A DNA stretch of 64,000 bases. Source: Callorhinchus milii (taxonomy: Eukaryota). The translations under genes and the position numbers were made by a program. How positions within the stretch are numbered: the stretch's first letter is position 1; every line of letters starts with the position of its first letter. The DNA is taken from positions 33,854,001 to 33,918,000 of the forward strand of contig NW_024704743.1 of assembly GCF_018977255.1 (NCBI RefSeq), read 5' to 3'. Positions 49,361-61,410 of the stretch are shown piece after piece. A model generated the notes under the pieces. That model was not told the origin of the DNA and made no database searches. It worked only from the letters and a program-made list of their open reading frames with translations.

Positions 49361-51908
49361 TTAGAGTATCCAAACCAGACAGAAATCTTCATATATATGC
49401 TACCTACACATTGAAATTTTCCTTGTGTCAGGAATGGAATACACACTCTCTCTCCCTGGAGGAACGCACCCTGCTTTCTGCTCCTATGGTGATATCTTCT
49501 CCCAGAGATGTTCATTGCATTTATCCTTCCAAAAATGCCAAGTGCAAGGTCTACTGGATCAATCATCACTGACTGAATATGTAACACCACCATTTGTGGT
49601 TGTTGAAATGATTCTGTGAGCATTTTTTAGCTGTTAACAAGATAGTTGGCAGAAAATGTGGTCTTAACCGACCCAATCATTCAATAAAATTACCTATTAC
49701 ATATAATTTTATTTAAAAAGAAATAGATGAGTATGTACTTTTTTTTGGTCAGCTAGGCATCTGACACTTGCAAAAAGGGGCAAGGGTGGGTAATTGGATT
49801 TGAAGTACAGATCAGCCATGATCTTATAGAATGGCGGAACAGGCTCAAGGGGTTAAATTACCTACTCCTGTTTCTGTGTTTCTAATGGGCGTTTCATTGC
49901 TGTATTAACCTTTGATATGATTTTGGGGAATTTACAGTTTGTGTGTTAGCAGTGCTGTGAGGCAAAATTATTTTAGTGTAGGGATTGAGATTCAACACAA
50001 TGGACCATAATATTAAGTATATTCCCTCTACTTCATTTATAATTCTTTGTTATCTGTGCCCTGATGGCTAAACGCAGTGCCTGAGAAAATAGTTCAGGAA
50101 AATAATGACACAGCAAAGAACACCGCATTCGTATTCCCTCAGGTAGACTATGACGCAATAAAAAGTTTGAATAATTTATTTTTAGACAATTACTTGAGTA
50201 TTAATATGTAGGAATGTCTTATATTTCCCTGATGATTGCACAGTTTTGTCAATTGTCTTTTCAGGCTTTTTTTCCTCCCGAATATATAAATACACCAATA
50301 ATGCTGCATGTGCTTTAAGGGCTGATTCGTACCTGCAGAATGCAGTGTTTGTGATGATTAATTTGCATTGGATTGAGTCTATAGTTGTTGATATGCTGAG
50401 CTGGAAGAATGTTCAATGAAACAAATGCTATTTTCAAGTATATTGTGAACCACAGAGCCTGCAAATTCTACTCACGCACTTCCAGCTACATATGCTGCAT
50501 CCATCTCAAATACTGGCACTTGTTGTCTATTTCGAGACTGCCTGAACCACTGACTGCCCTTCACAGAGATGGAAATACCCACAGCTCCTGTAAACAGGTT
50601 CAGTGATACCATCTTCTGCTCTCTGGATCGTGAAAGAGAGTGATTCACAGCAAGATGATGATGTATTGCAGCCAGATTGAAAGCCACCTTTGTTTGCAGC
50701 TTTCCCTGTGTTCCTGTGTTTGAACCATTGTTGCCCACACTCTGTGATTACTGGAACAGGGGGGCGAGTGGCCCCTCCATTGACTCAGTCTCTCACAATG
50801 TAACGAAAACTGAGCAGCTTTGTTTATACTTTCTGAAAAAAAGCTATTTGCAGAACCCGCTAATGTACTCATCCGAGTTCTTTATTTTGCTTTACTTTTC
50901 ATTTACTTTTTCATCTCTCTAGTCTATACAGAACCACATTACACAACATTGCATCTAACACTGGATATCTGCCAACGATTCACAGGGAAGTTTCAATTTA
51001 TGATGCCATGTTAACCTCAAAATTGGATTGATGGCTTGCAATTCACTGAAAGACATGCTGTAACCTCTATATTGTGAGCTGATGAATATTTTCACACTCC
51101 AATCCTTTTGAAGCTTATAAGTATCTACTTCAGTGACCTGGTGGTAAATGAACTGTCCAGCGCAAATACTTGATGGAGGGCAAAATCATGTAGGGTTGTT
51201 GGTCTGGATCTCTATCGAAGGTTCGTGTGAACAGTTATTGGACAAAAGCAGGATCAGGCTCGGTTGTGATGCCTCTCGTGGTTCAATAGCCTGTAGATGT
51301 TCACCATAAAAGCTCACACAATAGATCACAGTAGATCACTAATAATCCCTCCCAAAAAATAAATTCAAAAATGGGTCATTCAATCCATGACTGTTTGTGG
51401 ACATTGCTGTGTGCAATTGGCTGCTGAGTTTCACACACAAAATACACAGTGAATCAATTTTACAATATATTCTGTGAAGCGCTTTGCGACGTCTCAGTCA
51501 GTGATAAGGCGCTATATCAAATGCAAGGATTATGATTATTATTATCACAAGATCAGGAGTGCAACTGGTGTCTGTGCAACCATCTCCTAGTGGAAGACAA
51601 AATAAATCAACTAGCTTCAGGAGTGGAGGAGGAGTAGGAGGAAAACTGGAGAAGAAAATTGGGGGCATAACAAATACATCAAATTCTATAGGGGTCAAAA
51701 TTCTAAAGACATAAATAACAATCCTTGCATTTGACATCGCATCCTTCAAATTGGAAGAATGTTTCAAAGCGCTTCACAGGATTTTTACTCTAAGCTGTAT
51801 TGTATTGTGTAGGCGAGCACAGCAGCCAATTTGCGTTCATTTTATGCACTTGCCTGAATGGCTACTTCTTTTAGGCTCAGCTGCATGAATGTATGAAATA
51901 CAGTTTTG

Positions 51909-52219
51909 TGGAGTCCTGTAGCTCAGTGGTTAGAGCACTCGCCTCACAAGCGAGAGACCTGGGTTCGATTCCTGGCAGTGCAAAACCTTGGGCCAGTTTC
52001 CTTACTCCACACGCCTGATAATAATCCCTCAAGAAAAAAACAATAATAAAATTGGTCACTTCAACCCACGACTGTTTGTGGGACACTGCTGTGTGCAATT
52101 GGCTGCCGCGTTTCGCCTACAAAATATACAGTTAATTCACTTTACAGTATATTCTGTGAAGCGCTTTGAGACGTCTAGAAGATGTGAAAAGCGCTATATC
52201 AAATGCAAGGATTATTATT
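51909..52219 (+). mobile_element. tRNA-derived SINE, short variant
   Basis: Head with B box ggttcgattcc, family body and tail. Confidence 0.93.
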
Positions 52220-52989
52220 AACCCATCTAATAATGCAACAATTTAGGATGTGTTTCCTTACATCTGTGCAGCTGCCTAAAAACACAGCAACTTGGGAAGA
52301 AATGTCGGTTGCGAATTGCAAATATGGCTTTAGCCAGTTCTTGACGTCTTTGAGCAAGCAGCCAAACAATGTGGCTTTGGACCACACGGAAAGCTGATGT
52401 TCTACATCGTATATACTCAGAAGTTGTCTGGACAGAGAAATGAGACTAATCATGTACAGAGTAAGGTTATAAATATGCAAATAGTAATTATTCAAATTAT
52501 GCTTTTGCCGTGACTGAAAAGTGAATGTGCTTCTAGCGGGATTTGGCAAATCACTTTATGCCCTGTCCTATAATAATATTAATAACAATTCTTACACTTG
52601 ATATAGACCTTTCAAGTCATGAGGACATCTCAAAGCACTTCACAAGGTTTACTGTAAAGTGTAGTGACTGTGTTCTTGTGAGGAATGCAGCAGCGAATTT
52701 GCGTTCACAACTTTCTGACTCAGAGGTGAGAGTGCTGCTAACTGAACTAGGCTGGGATCTGACCATTATACACAGTTAATGAACTGTTGTCAAAATTGTT
52801 ACACCAATGAGTCTTCTTATTGCATTCTAGCTTAGAAACGTTTTCAGAAAGCGTGGAACGAACTGGCCTGAAAAGTGGGCAAAAATGTTTGTGAAAATGT
52901 GAGTTAAAGCAGGTGAATAAGCTTGTCAACTGATAGCTGACAAAACAATCTTAGTGAATCAGTAAATAAAGGGCTCAATTGAGGTAATT

Positions 52990-53240
52990 AGGAGGGGAGC
53001 AAAGGGGAGATGAGGAGGATTTTTATTACATAGTGAATTGTTACTATCTGCTGGGTGCGTTGATCGAGGCAGAATCCATTTTAGCTCTCAAAAGGAACCA
53101 GATAGCTTTCTAAAATGGAGTAATTTGCAGGGTTATGTGAAAAAGGTAGTAAAGGGGACTGAATGGATTGCTTCTTCAAAAATCCAGCATAGATACGATG
53201 GACTGAACAGCCTTCTTCTGTGCTATAAATTTCTATAGTT
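52990..53240 (+). mobile_element. Degenerate CR1 3' end
   Basis: ggggagatgaggaggattttt...gatggactgaacagccttcttctgtgctataaatttctatagttctat; similar to 61045-61410. Confidence 0.7.
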
Positions 53241-56225
53241 CTATCCCCATCGTATTGCATGGCGATTGAGACAAAACATGAGTAGTGCAATTTATCTGTA
53301 CTGTGGGAAAGAGATGCATTTGCAAGTACCTTTTTGTACACCACCATAAGTTGTTGTTTGGAATAATGCCAACTTCAGCCTTTGAGTTTTCATTTAATGG
53401 GGCAGGTTACGTATTGATGGGGTAATGCTGTTTTTAGTCAATGACACACAGTGTAATTGGCACAATTTTTCATCATGAGAAGATATGTCCATCTGATAAA
53501 GTACTCTGGCATTAATTAGATTGCATTTGTCTCTGAAGAGCAAATCTATAATTTGCTCGAATCTTATTGCAGTGGTGCAGTATTTTGTATTATTTTCACT
53601 AATTGTTGAGAGACTTTGAAAATGTACATATAAATGCTTAGAAATAATTGCAACAGTGATCGGATCCAGAACAGATTTGAATAAATAATTATGTCCCTAT
53701 AAAGACAGCAGGCAACTTCTAATAATAAATCTGAATAGCACAAAATATACTCAGTATTTTGGGACTAGCAGATGCCCCTTTTCTGTCCTTTACAATCCTA
53801 TATCAGGGTTTGGTCATTTTGCAGAAACTTTAAGTGTGAATGCTTTTACATAGTAAAACAATGTATATGCACATTTTTACCACTGTAGTGCTGTGCATAT
53901 CCTCTTTCCTTGCTGCTTCAGCATGGTAGGAGGCTGCTGTGGGTTCCTCTGTAAGATATATCTTTAGACAGGATTGCTGGGGAATAAGGTTTCATCACAT
54001 ATCATATCCACTGTCCACAAATGATAAAATGGCGACCATACCTGAGAGTTTATGGAAACAACAACAAATTACATTTGTATAGCATCTTTCACGTCAGGAG
54101 GACGTGTCTTGAGACGGGTCTTGAAGGAGGCGAGGGAGGGGGCGAGGTGGAGGGACTGTGGGATGGAGTTCCAGTAGGTTCTGTTTAATTCTTGTGACCT
54201 GCTTCTCCTGCAGTTATTGTTTAAAGAATTAATTTCTATTTAATCTTATTCTAAGAATTTCTTGCTGTCTGATGAGAATAGCATGAATCTTGGATATATA
54301 GTAGTGTACGACTTGTATTCTCATTGTTTAGTAATCAACTAGAAAGCGTGGTTGGGTAATGATGACATATCATAATCGATGAGATACAGTTGAATTCAAC
54401 CAGATATTGCTGTGGTTCACATTCTATTCAATAGCACTTCAGTTCCAATTACTTGGTGCAATGATAGGTCAAATCTATGTTTGGCTGATATTGTATTGCA
54501 AGCATTACAAAAAAGCTGGAATGGAATAAATTTACTAACATCGATAAGTTTCAAGAATATACTGTACGTATAACGCAGACTAATGTGTGGTCGAAAATAC
54601 AACTCATCTCAAGGTGGAGCTGTTCATAACCCTTACGTAGCTCAGCACTTCTTTCTCAGCTCCATGATCTGCCTGTTTAGATCTGCTAAATGTATCGTAT
54701 TATTGTCTTTCAAAGTATTTCTTCCATGATGCAGGAATAGGATGTCTCACCAGGGTTGTGACTATCACATTCCCTCATTTTTAATTGGAATTTGAGGAGC
54801 CAGCTACACAAGGTCACAAGCTCTTTAATATTTATTGAGACATTTTGGAAAACAGCACATATACTCATTGAAAGGTTTTACAGTCACCATGGTCTCAGTT
54901 CACAGTCAGTACATATGATGCCACTGTTACAGCGACCTTTTCCTGCATTAGCTCTGCCCGATGTGTACAGGGAGAAAAGTGTCCTTTCAGATCATTTCCC
55001 TTTGCAAAGAGAGCTGGTGCAATCTAATCTAATCATGTTCAACATTTTGAGAGGATAAATGTTTTTCTTACAGGTTGGTGAATTGGTACAGGAGGCTATA
55101 AAGTCAGGATAGCCACTGAAAGAGTGAAATCAGAGGTTAGAAGAGATAACAACAACAACTTGCATTTATATAATAATAATAAAGGTTTTATCACATCATC
55201 GAGATGTCTAAAAGTGCTTCACAGGGAAAAGGATTATTTGGTCCTTTCAGCGTTCCAATTACTGTAAATGAAACCTATTGTATAGTGAAAAAGAAACAGC
55301 TCCTTTTAGCTACTGAACTACTCATCTCCAAGAACAAAGTAACTTGCAGCATTGCCTCTTGTGCTAACTCTTCATAAAATAATAATCCTTGCATTTAGTA
55401 TAACATTTTATTGGTCATGGAAAAGTCTCAAACGCTTGACTGGATTCACTGAAAAATGTGGTGACTGTATATTTTGCAGGCAAAAAGAGCAGCAAAATGT
55501 GCGTAGCAATATCTCGCAACAGCCACAAAATTACCATGTTTATTTGGGGATTATTGGCCAGGACACCAGGAGAAACTGTTCTCTTTCCAAGCAGTCAGAC
55601 GGGATCTTTAATGTCCACTTGAACAGGCATACGGGAACTCAGTTCCCTCATCCAAAGGACGTCACTGCTGACAATGCACCACTTCTCACAATACCTTAAC
55701 AAATCGATATTAAAGTTTATTTTCAACAACATTCCTTGTTTCTCCTGAATTTAGGGAACACAAACAGATATTTTTAATAATCATTTCAGTTTATTTTCTT
55801 GAATGTCAGGAGCAAATAGTACGAACAATTGTAAAAGGTGTCTGTATACTCTGGCTTGTGGTATTATGCCTGCTTCATGCCTTCACTATTTTCCAGAAAT
55901 CATTGCCAGCATTGTCACATTCAGACTCCTTTGTCAAGTGGCTCACTGTTAGTTCTTTAAGAGAAAAGATTTGCATACTTTCTGGATTGAATCAAGTGTC
56001 TGAACATCCCACTCACAAAATTATCACAGTCTCAGCTCCCTGCCTTATTTTCTAAGTGACCATTGTTTCTGTTTAGGAGTGCAGATGTTTTGCCTCAACT
56101 CGAATGTTTCGAAAGCTATGTCTGCCCTTTGTTTCTCTCAATTCGGATACTTGCCTTTCAGTGAATTGCAGCTACAAGTAGTCTTTTGAAAGTGCTCTCT
56201 GATCCAGACTTCAGTGAATTCCAAA

Positions 56226-56726
56226 AGGCGCTGAAACCCTGGTCCATGCCTTTGTCATCTCTCGGCTGGACTATTCAAATGCCCTCCTCGCCGGTCTCCC
56301 CTCCACTGCCATTCACAAAATCTAGCTCATCCAAAACTCTGCCGCCCGCATTCTTACCCGCACCAAACTCTGCTCCCCGATTACCCCAGTCCTTGCCAGT
56401 CTGCATTGGGTGCTTGTCCCAGAGAGGATCGACTTCAAGATCCTCACCCTTGTCTTCAAATCCCTTCACTCCTCTACACCCCCCCTACCTCTCTGACCTC
56501 CTCTGACCTCCACTCCACATTGGCGACCGTGCCTTCAGCCACTGCGCCCCGAGGCTCTGGAACTCCCTTCCTCACTCCCTTCGCTTCACCCCCTTTCTTC
56601 CCATTTTCAGGTCTCGGCCGAAGACCTTTCTTTTCGACCGCACCTTTGGTCACCTTCCTCCCCCTCCCCCTGGCTCGGCCCCGGGATCCATCACTGTGAA
56701 GCGCTCTGTTGTTGTTGTTGTTGTTG
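56226..56726 (+). mobile_element. 5'-truncated L2 LINE with (GTT)n tail
   Basis: Contains AETLVHAFVISRLDYSNALL-like coding and ends gaagcgctct(gtt)n. Confidence 0.88.
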
Positions 56727-59277
56727 AATTAAATATAGGAATGTTTGCCTCGGGAATTAAGCATGTTTTCGAAAATTGTTTTCTGTGTTTTGTCATTAAA
56801 ATGACTCTCCATGCCTCGATCAAATCATGTTTAAGCGCATTTGGTGCAGCCGGGTGTAAGAAGATGAGACACTAGTTAAGATCAGGATGGGTATCTCATA
56901 GTGAAAGGGAAGATCCGAAAGCATTGACCACAGTTAAGGGGCATTAACAATTAGGTCTAAGTTCAATAGTAATTAAAAGTACCTGTAACTCTCTTGGCTT
57001 CTCACACACTCTTCTACTCCGCTCAGCTTCAAAAAAGCACAATAAAAAGCAAAAACTATTTACTGATTTGTCTTTGAATTCTTTGTTTCTCCGCATTGGC
57101 TTCCACTGGAATGAAGTCACTGTCAGGAGAGGATAGTACTAACAATTGTACAAGTGGTCGGTTTCCCTGGGCTGAATAAAAATGGACATTTTAGGCTGTC
57201 TGCTCCTTCCCTGGCCTGTCAATGGTTTCTTAGCATCTTTGCACAGTTAGGAAAACATTACAGACCTGAAAGCCCAGTTGTTCAACATCCAGCAATTAGA
57301 AATTGATTAACCACCAGTGTCAGCAGTTGCCCTGTTGTAGCCTTGTAGTGCCTGAGTGCCTTTACATTATCCACTGAACAGAGGATGGTGGTGTACCTTT
57401 CATTACTTTGTGGTGGATCTGATCCGGCATTCAGATTCCCTATTGGTCTGCTGAAGAGATTGGGAGGAATGGTGACATTGAAAACAGACGTTTTCAGTGA
57501 ATGATGTGTGAAAAAAATGCATTAATCATCATGAATGCATAAATACATTATGCAAATACAGCCATCAATCCATAACTGTTTGTGGGACACTGCTATACAC
57601 AAACTGACTGCCGAGTTCATCCACAACATACACAGTCAATCCACTTTACAGTATATCCTGTGAAGCGCTTTGAGACGCCTCAATGACGTGATAAGGCGCT
57701 ATAAGAAATGCAAGGATTATTATTTACTACACTCATTTTATTAAATTGTTACTCAATGTATCTCCACACAGAATAAGTTACCAGTGCCAGGTGGAAGGTG
57801 TACTGAGAAACTGAGATGTTTTGCAGTGGTAAGTAAATAAAGGATGAAACCTTGAGTCTGGCCCTTTCTAAAGCGTCAATGTGTTTCTGCAGGAGACCAC
57901 TTACTAATGACTTCCCACCACCTGAACTGGGGAAACACAATTTTAACTTTTAAAGAAGCATGTCTCATTTATTATTAATCCTCAGTTTTTTTCTAATATT
58001 TTAATGCCATTGGTGATGTCCAAGTGTACAGATGGTTAAATTTGCCCATTTAGTAAAACTAAGAAAATTGCTTTTTGCAGTTAGGAGGTATTAAAACAAT
58101 CATTTACTTCCACATCTGTCTGATGCTCATTATCATGCTGGTTAATGATGTTAAAGACTTTGATGTTTTTTAACTCTTAAGTGTGCTAATACTGAAGCAT
58201 TTCTAAATAAAGCACAGTCTCAGCAGCAGCTTTGTGATGAATGTCAGGCGGAGATTGTATTATAGTTTTGTGCATCTTTCAATCATTTTCTCCCTTTTCT
58301 CCCCTACTTTAGGCTGATATCCCCACAGACTATTTTAAGCCACTGCATGCAGAAGGAAAGATGTAGAAACAGAATTATGATGTAGCAAAGGAGTATGTTT
58401 ACCACTGCCGTGCAATGCAAAGTGAATTCCGTATGTCCAGCAAGTTGAAGGAGGGATAAAAAGAAACCAAGAACAAATGCAAGCTGTTTCTTGTGAGTTC
58501 TCTTTCTATGCATTGCTCAACTCAGCCAGCAACAAAAGCAGAGAACTTGGTGTTTTCTGGTTAACTCAGCCACAAAACAATCTAGCTTCTGTACAGTGGA
58601 AGCATATTGTATCTATCTATCACAAAGCAAACTGAACTACTGTCTAGTTCTTCAAATGAACAGTATATTCAGCCTGTGGCGAAACCTGCCACACATGTGT
58701 TCTCTAACAGTTAATGAAAAAACGTATCTGCTTTCAATTTGAAAAATGATGTTAGTTGTGTCTTTTTGCTTGATATATTTGGAACAACCTTTTAACATTT
58801 TCAAATGAAGTTTACCTGCGAGAACCTTAGAGAAACCTGTGATAACATTAGCAAATCTTTTCCAGCCCATTATGGCCAGCTCAGTTGACTGAAAAGCTAC
58901 CACCCAGAGCTCCATATTAGTCACTTCTTCTCAGTGCCAGTCTTTCTTTTGACATATAAATGCTGAAAATTTATTGACTGTATATGGAAGACCATCTAAG
59001 CCAGCGATCAGAACTGGTGGCATCTGACTTGCCGCCAGCATACTGGGGCTTTGGATAGAAATTATGTGACAGGAATCAGTGAAACTGACACAGACTATCA
59101 ATTCCATTAAAGCACCTGTAAAGCTAAATCTAGTGCAGAGGAGATGGGAAGGAAAACACAGCAGAGTTTGCCAGAATTATATGGGATTACGTAGACTGTG
59201 CAGCATGGAAACAAGCCATTTTTGCTACTTAACTAGTTCATGCTTCCACCACTTCTAATCTCCTCACCCATAACAAA

Positions 59278-60655
59278 AACAACAACAAATTACACTAGTA
59301 TAGCAGCCCTCATGTCGGAAAGACATCCCAGGGCGCTGGACCTGCTGACTCCCTACCAACATGCCCGCTCCCCCCATTCAGCGGGCTGCGGCCTGTTCCA
59401 TGTCTCCCGCCCGACCCGCCATACCATCGGTGGTCGGACTTTCAGCCTCTCTGCCCCCACACTCTGGAACTCCATCCCACGGTCCCTTCGCCTCACAAAG
59501 GCACGGTCGACGAGGAAGGTCTTCAGATAAGACTTGAAGGAGGCAAGAGAGGGGTGAGGTGGAGGGATTGCGGGATAGAATTCCAGAGTGTGGGCGCAGA
59601 GATGCTGAATGCCCGACCACCATTGGTGGGGCAGGAAGTGCAGGGGATCTGAAGCAGGTGTCTGCTAAGCGGAGAGAGCAGACAGGCTGATATAGGGTTA
59701 CGAGGTCGGAGGGGTAGGCGGGAGAAAGACCATAGAGGGACTTGAAGGAAGAACAAGGGTTTTGTACTCGATTCTCTAAGGAATGGGAAGCCAGTGAAGC
59801 TGGGCAAGAACGGGGGTGATAGGTTCCTGGACTTGATACGGGAGAGGACATGAGGTACAGAATTCTGAATAATCTGCAGCTTGTGGAGAGAAGAGTTGGG
59901 AAGTCCAGTGAGCAGGCATTTGGGACTTAATGAAAGCGTGGATCAGGTTCTTGACGGCCTGAGGTGAGAGGCAATAGTGGAGGCGGGCAATGTTGCAGAG
60001 GTGGGGAAAGGCGGAACGGCTCACGCACAAATATGGGTTTGAGGACAGCTGAAGGTCGAAAAGGACACCGAGGTTTCAGATAGGCTCAGTGAGGTGAAGA
60101 GTGCAGGCATGAATGGTGATAGTGTCAGTGGCTGAGGTGAGGAGGCTATGCCAGGAGGGCCTCTGTCTTGCCAACATTGAGCTGGAGGAAGTTGACTCTC
60201 ATCCAGGGCTTGATGTCAGACAGACAATTATCCAGGACATCAATGGTCCTGGAGGTGCGGGTGGAGGTGGCGAGATAGAGTTGGGTGTCATCCGCATTCA
60301 TGTGGAAATTGACTCCATGCCTGTGGGTGACATTGCAGAGCAGAGATAAATTGAAGAGGAGGGAAGCAAGGAAAGAGCCCTGAGGGACACTACACGTGAC
60401 TGTGCAGGGGCTAGAGGAGAAGCCGTTGGTGGCCACAAAGTGCGGACAATGGGAAAGGTAGGATTTGAACCAGGCAAGAACAGAACCATTGAGGTGGAGG
60501 TGAGAGGAGAGGTAGTGGAGAACATTATTAGTGGAGAACATTAACAGTGGAGAACATGTGGTCAACATTATCAAAAGCGGCCAAGAGGTCGAGAAGGACA
60601 AGGAGACAGGGAGAGCCCTGGTCGCAAGTGGACAAAATGTCATTTGTCACTTTGA
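59278..60655 (-). mobile_element. Degenerate L2 LINE containing an inverted L2 piece (59342-59496)
   Basis: VPQGSFLASLLFNL...HMNADDTQLY...WMRVNFLQLNVGKTEALL, with the tail at 59278-59341. Confidence 0.9.
60514..60557 (+). repeat. 16-bp period tandem triplication inside L2
   Basis: agtggagaacat at 60514, 60530 and 60546. Confidence 0.85.
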
Positions 60656-61044
60656 CTATACCCCTTTATTCTCTTCTCCCTTGTGTTGCATTGAGATTTT
60701 GATAGCTATGCTCTGTGCATTGCAGTACAGGCAGTTTATCAGACTCCTGCCTTTCACTATTTTCTTGTTGTTTTAACAGGTACCTTATGATTAATGTTTT
60801 TAATCGTTTCTGTTCCCTGAGTGTTTGTATTTTCACTTTCCTTTCTCTTTTACTCTTTCCATCTTTATCATCAAGTTTTTTTGTTCAAACTGCACCTCCC
60901 TCTTCAAAATAATTAAAATTTCTCCTCACAATCTTCTGTATCCTTTTGGCTAGGTCCAGGGTCTGTTTAGATGGTATATGTCCCCTTTGTTACTTCTCTC
61001 TCCTTTGAGGCTCAAAATTGATACCTGTGTCCCATGAAGTGGAG

Positions 61045-61410
61045 CTCCTTTGATAGAGTAGATAGGGAGAAACCGTTTCCACTGGCTGGTGGGTCAGTAA
61101 TCAGGGCACATAGATTTAAGATAATTGACAAAAGAATCAGAGGGGAAATGAGGAGACATTTTTTTACACAGAGCGTTGTTACGGTATGAGCGCTCTGAGA
61201 CTCTACCCTGCGTGGAGGGCGCTATATAAGTGCAAGTTGTTGTTGTTGTATGGAATGCGCTGCCTGAAAGGGTGGTGGAAACGGATTCAGTAACAACTTT
61301 GAAAAGGGAATTGGATAGGTACTTGTAAAGGAAACATTTACAAGGACATAGGGAAAGAGTGGGGAAACGGGATTGATTCGATATCTCTTCTATGATTCTA
61401 TGATTCTATA
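61045..61410 (+). mobile_element. CR1 LINE 3' end with (ATTCTATG)n tail, interrupted by a 59-bp insertion
   Basis: gatagagtagatagggagaaa...ttttttacacagagcgttgtt...tggaatgcgctgcctgaaagggtggtgga, ending ttctatgattctatgattctata. Confidence 0.9.

Noticed and set aside
54600..54680. Possible decayed DTNBP1 exon 5 (shares ggagctgttc and ctgcctgt)
   Set aside because: Length and translation do not match exon 5.
58313..58400. Plus-strand exon after a strong polypyrimidine tract and AG
   Set aside because: All three frames stop quickly, there is no homology, and no partner exons were identified.
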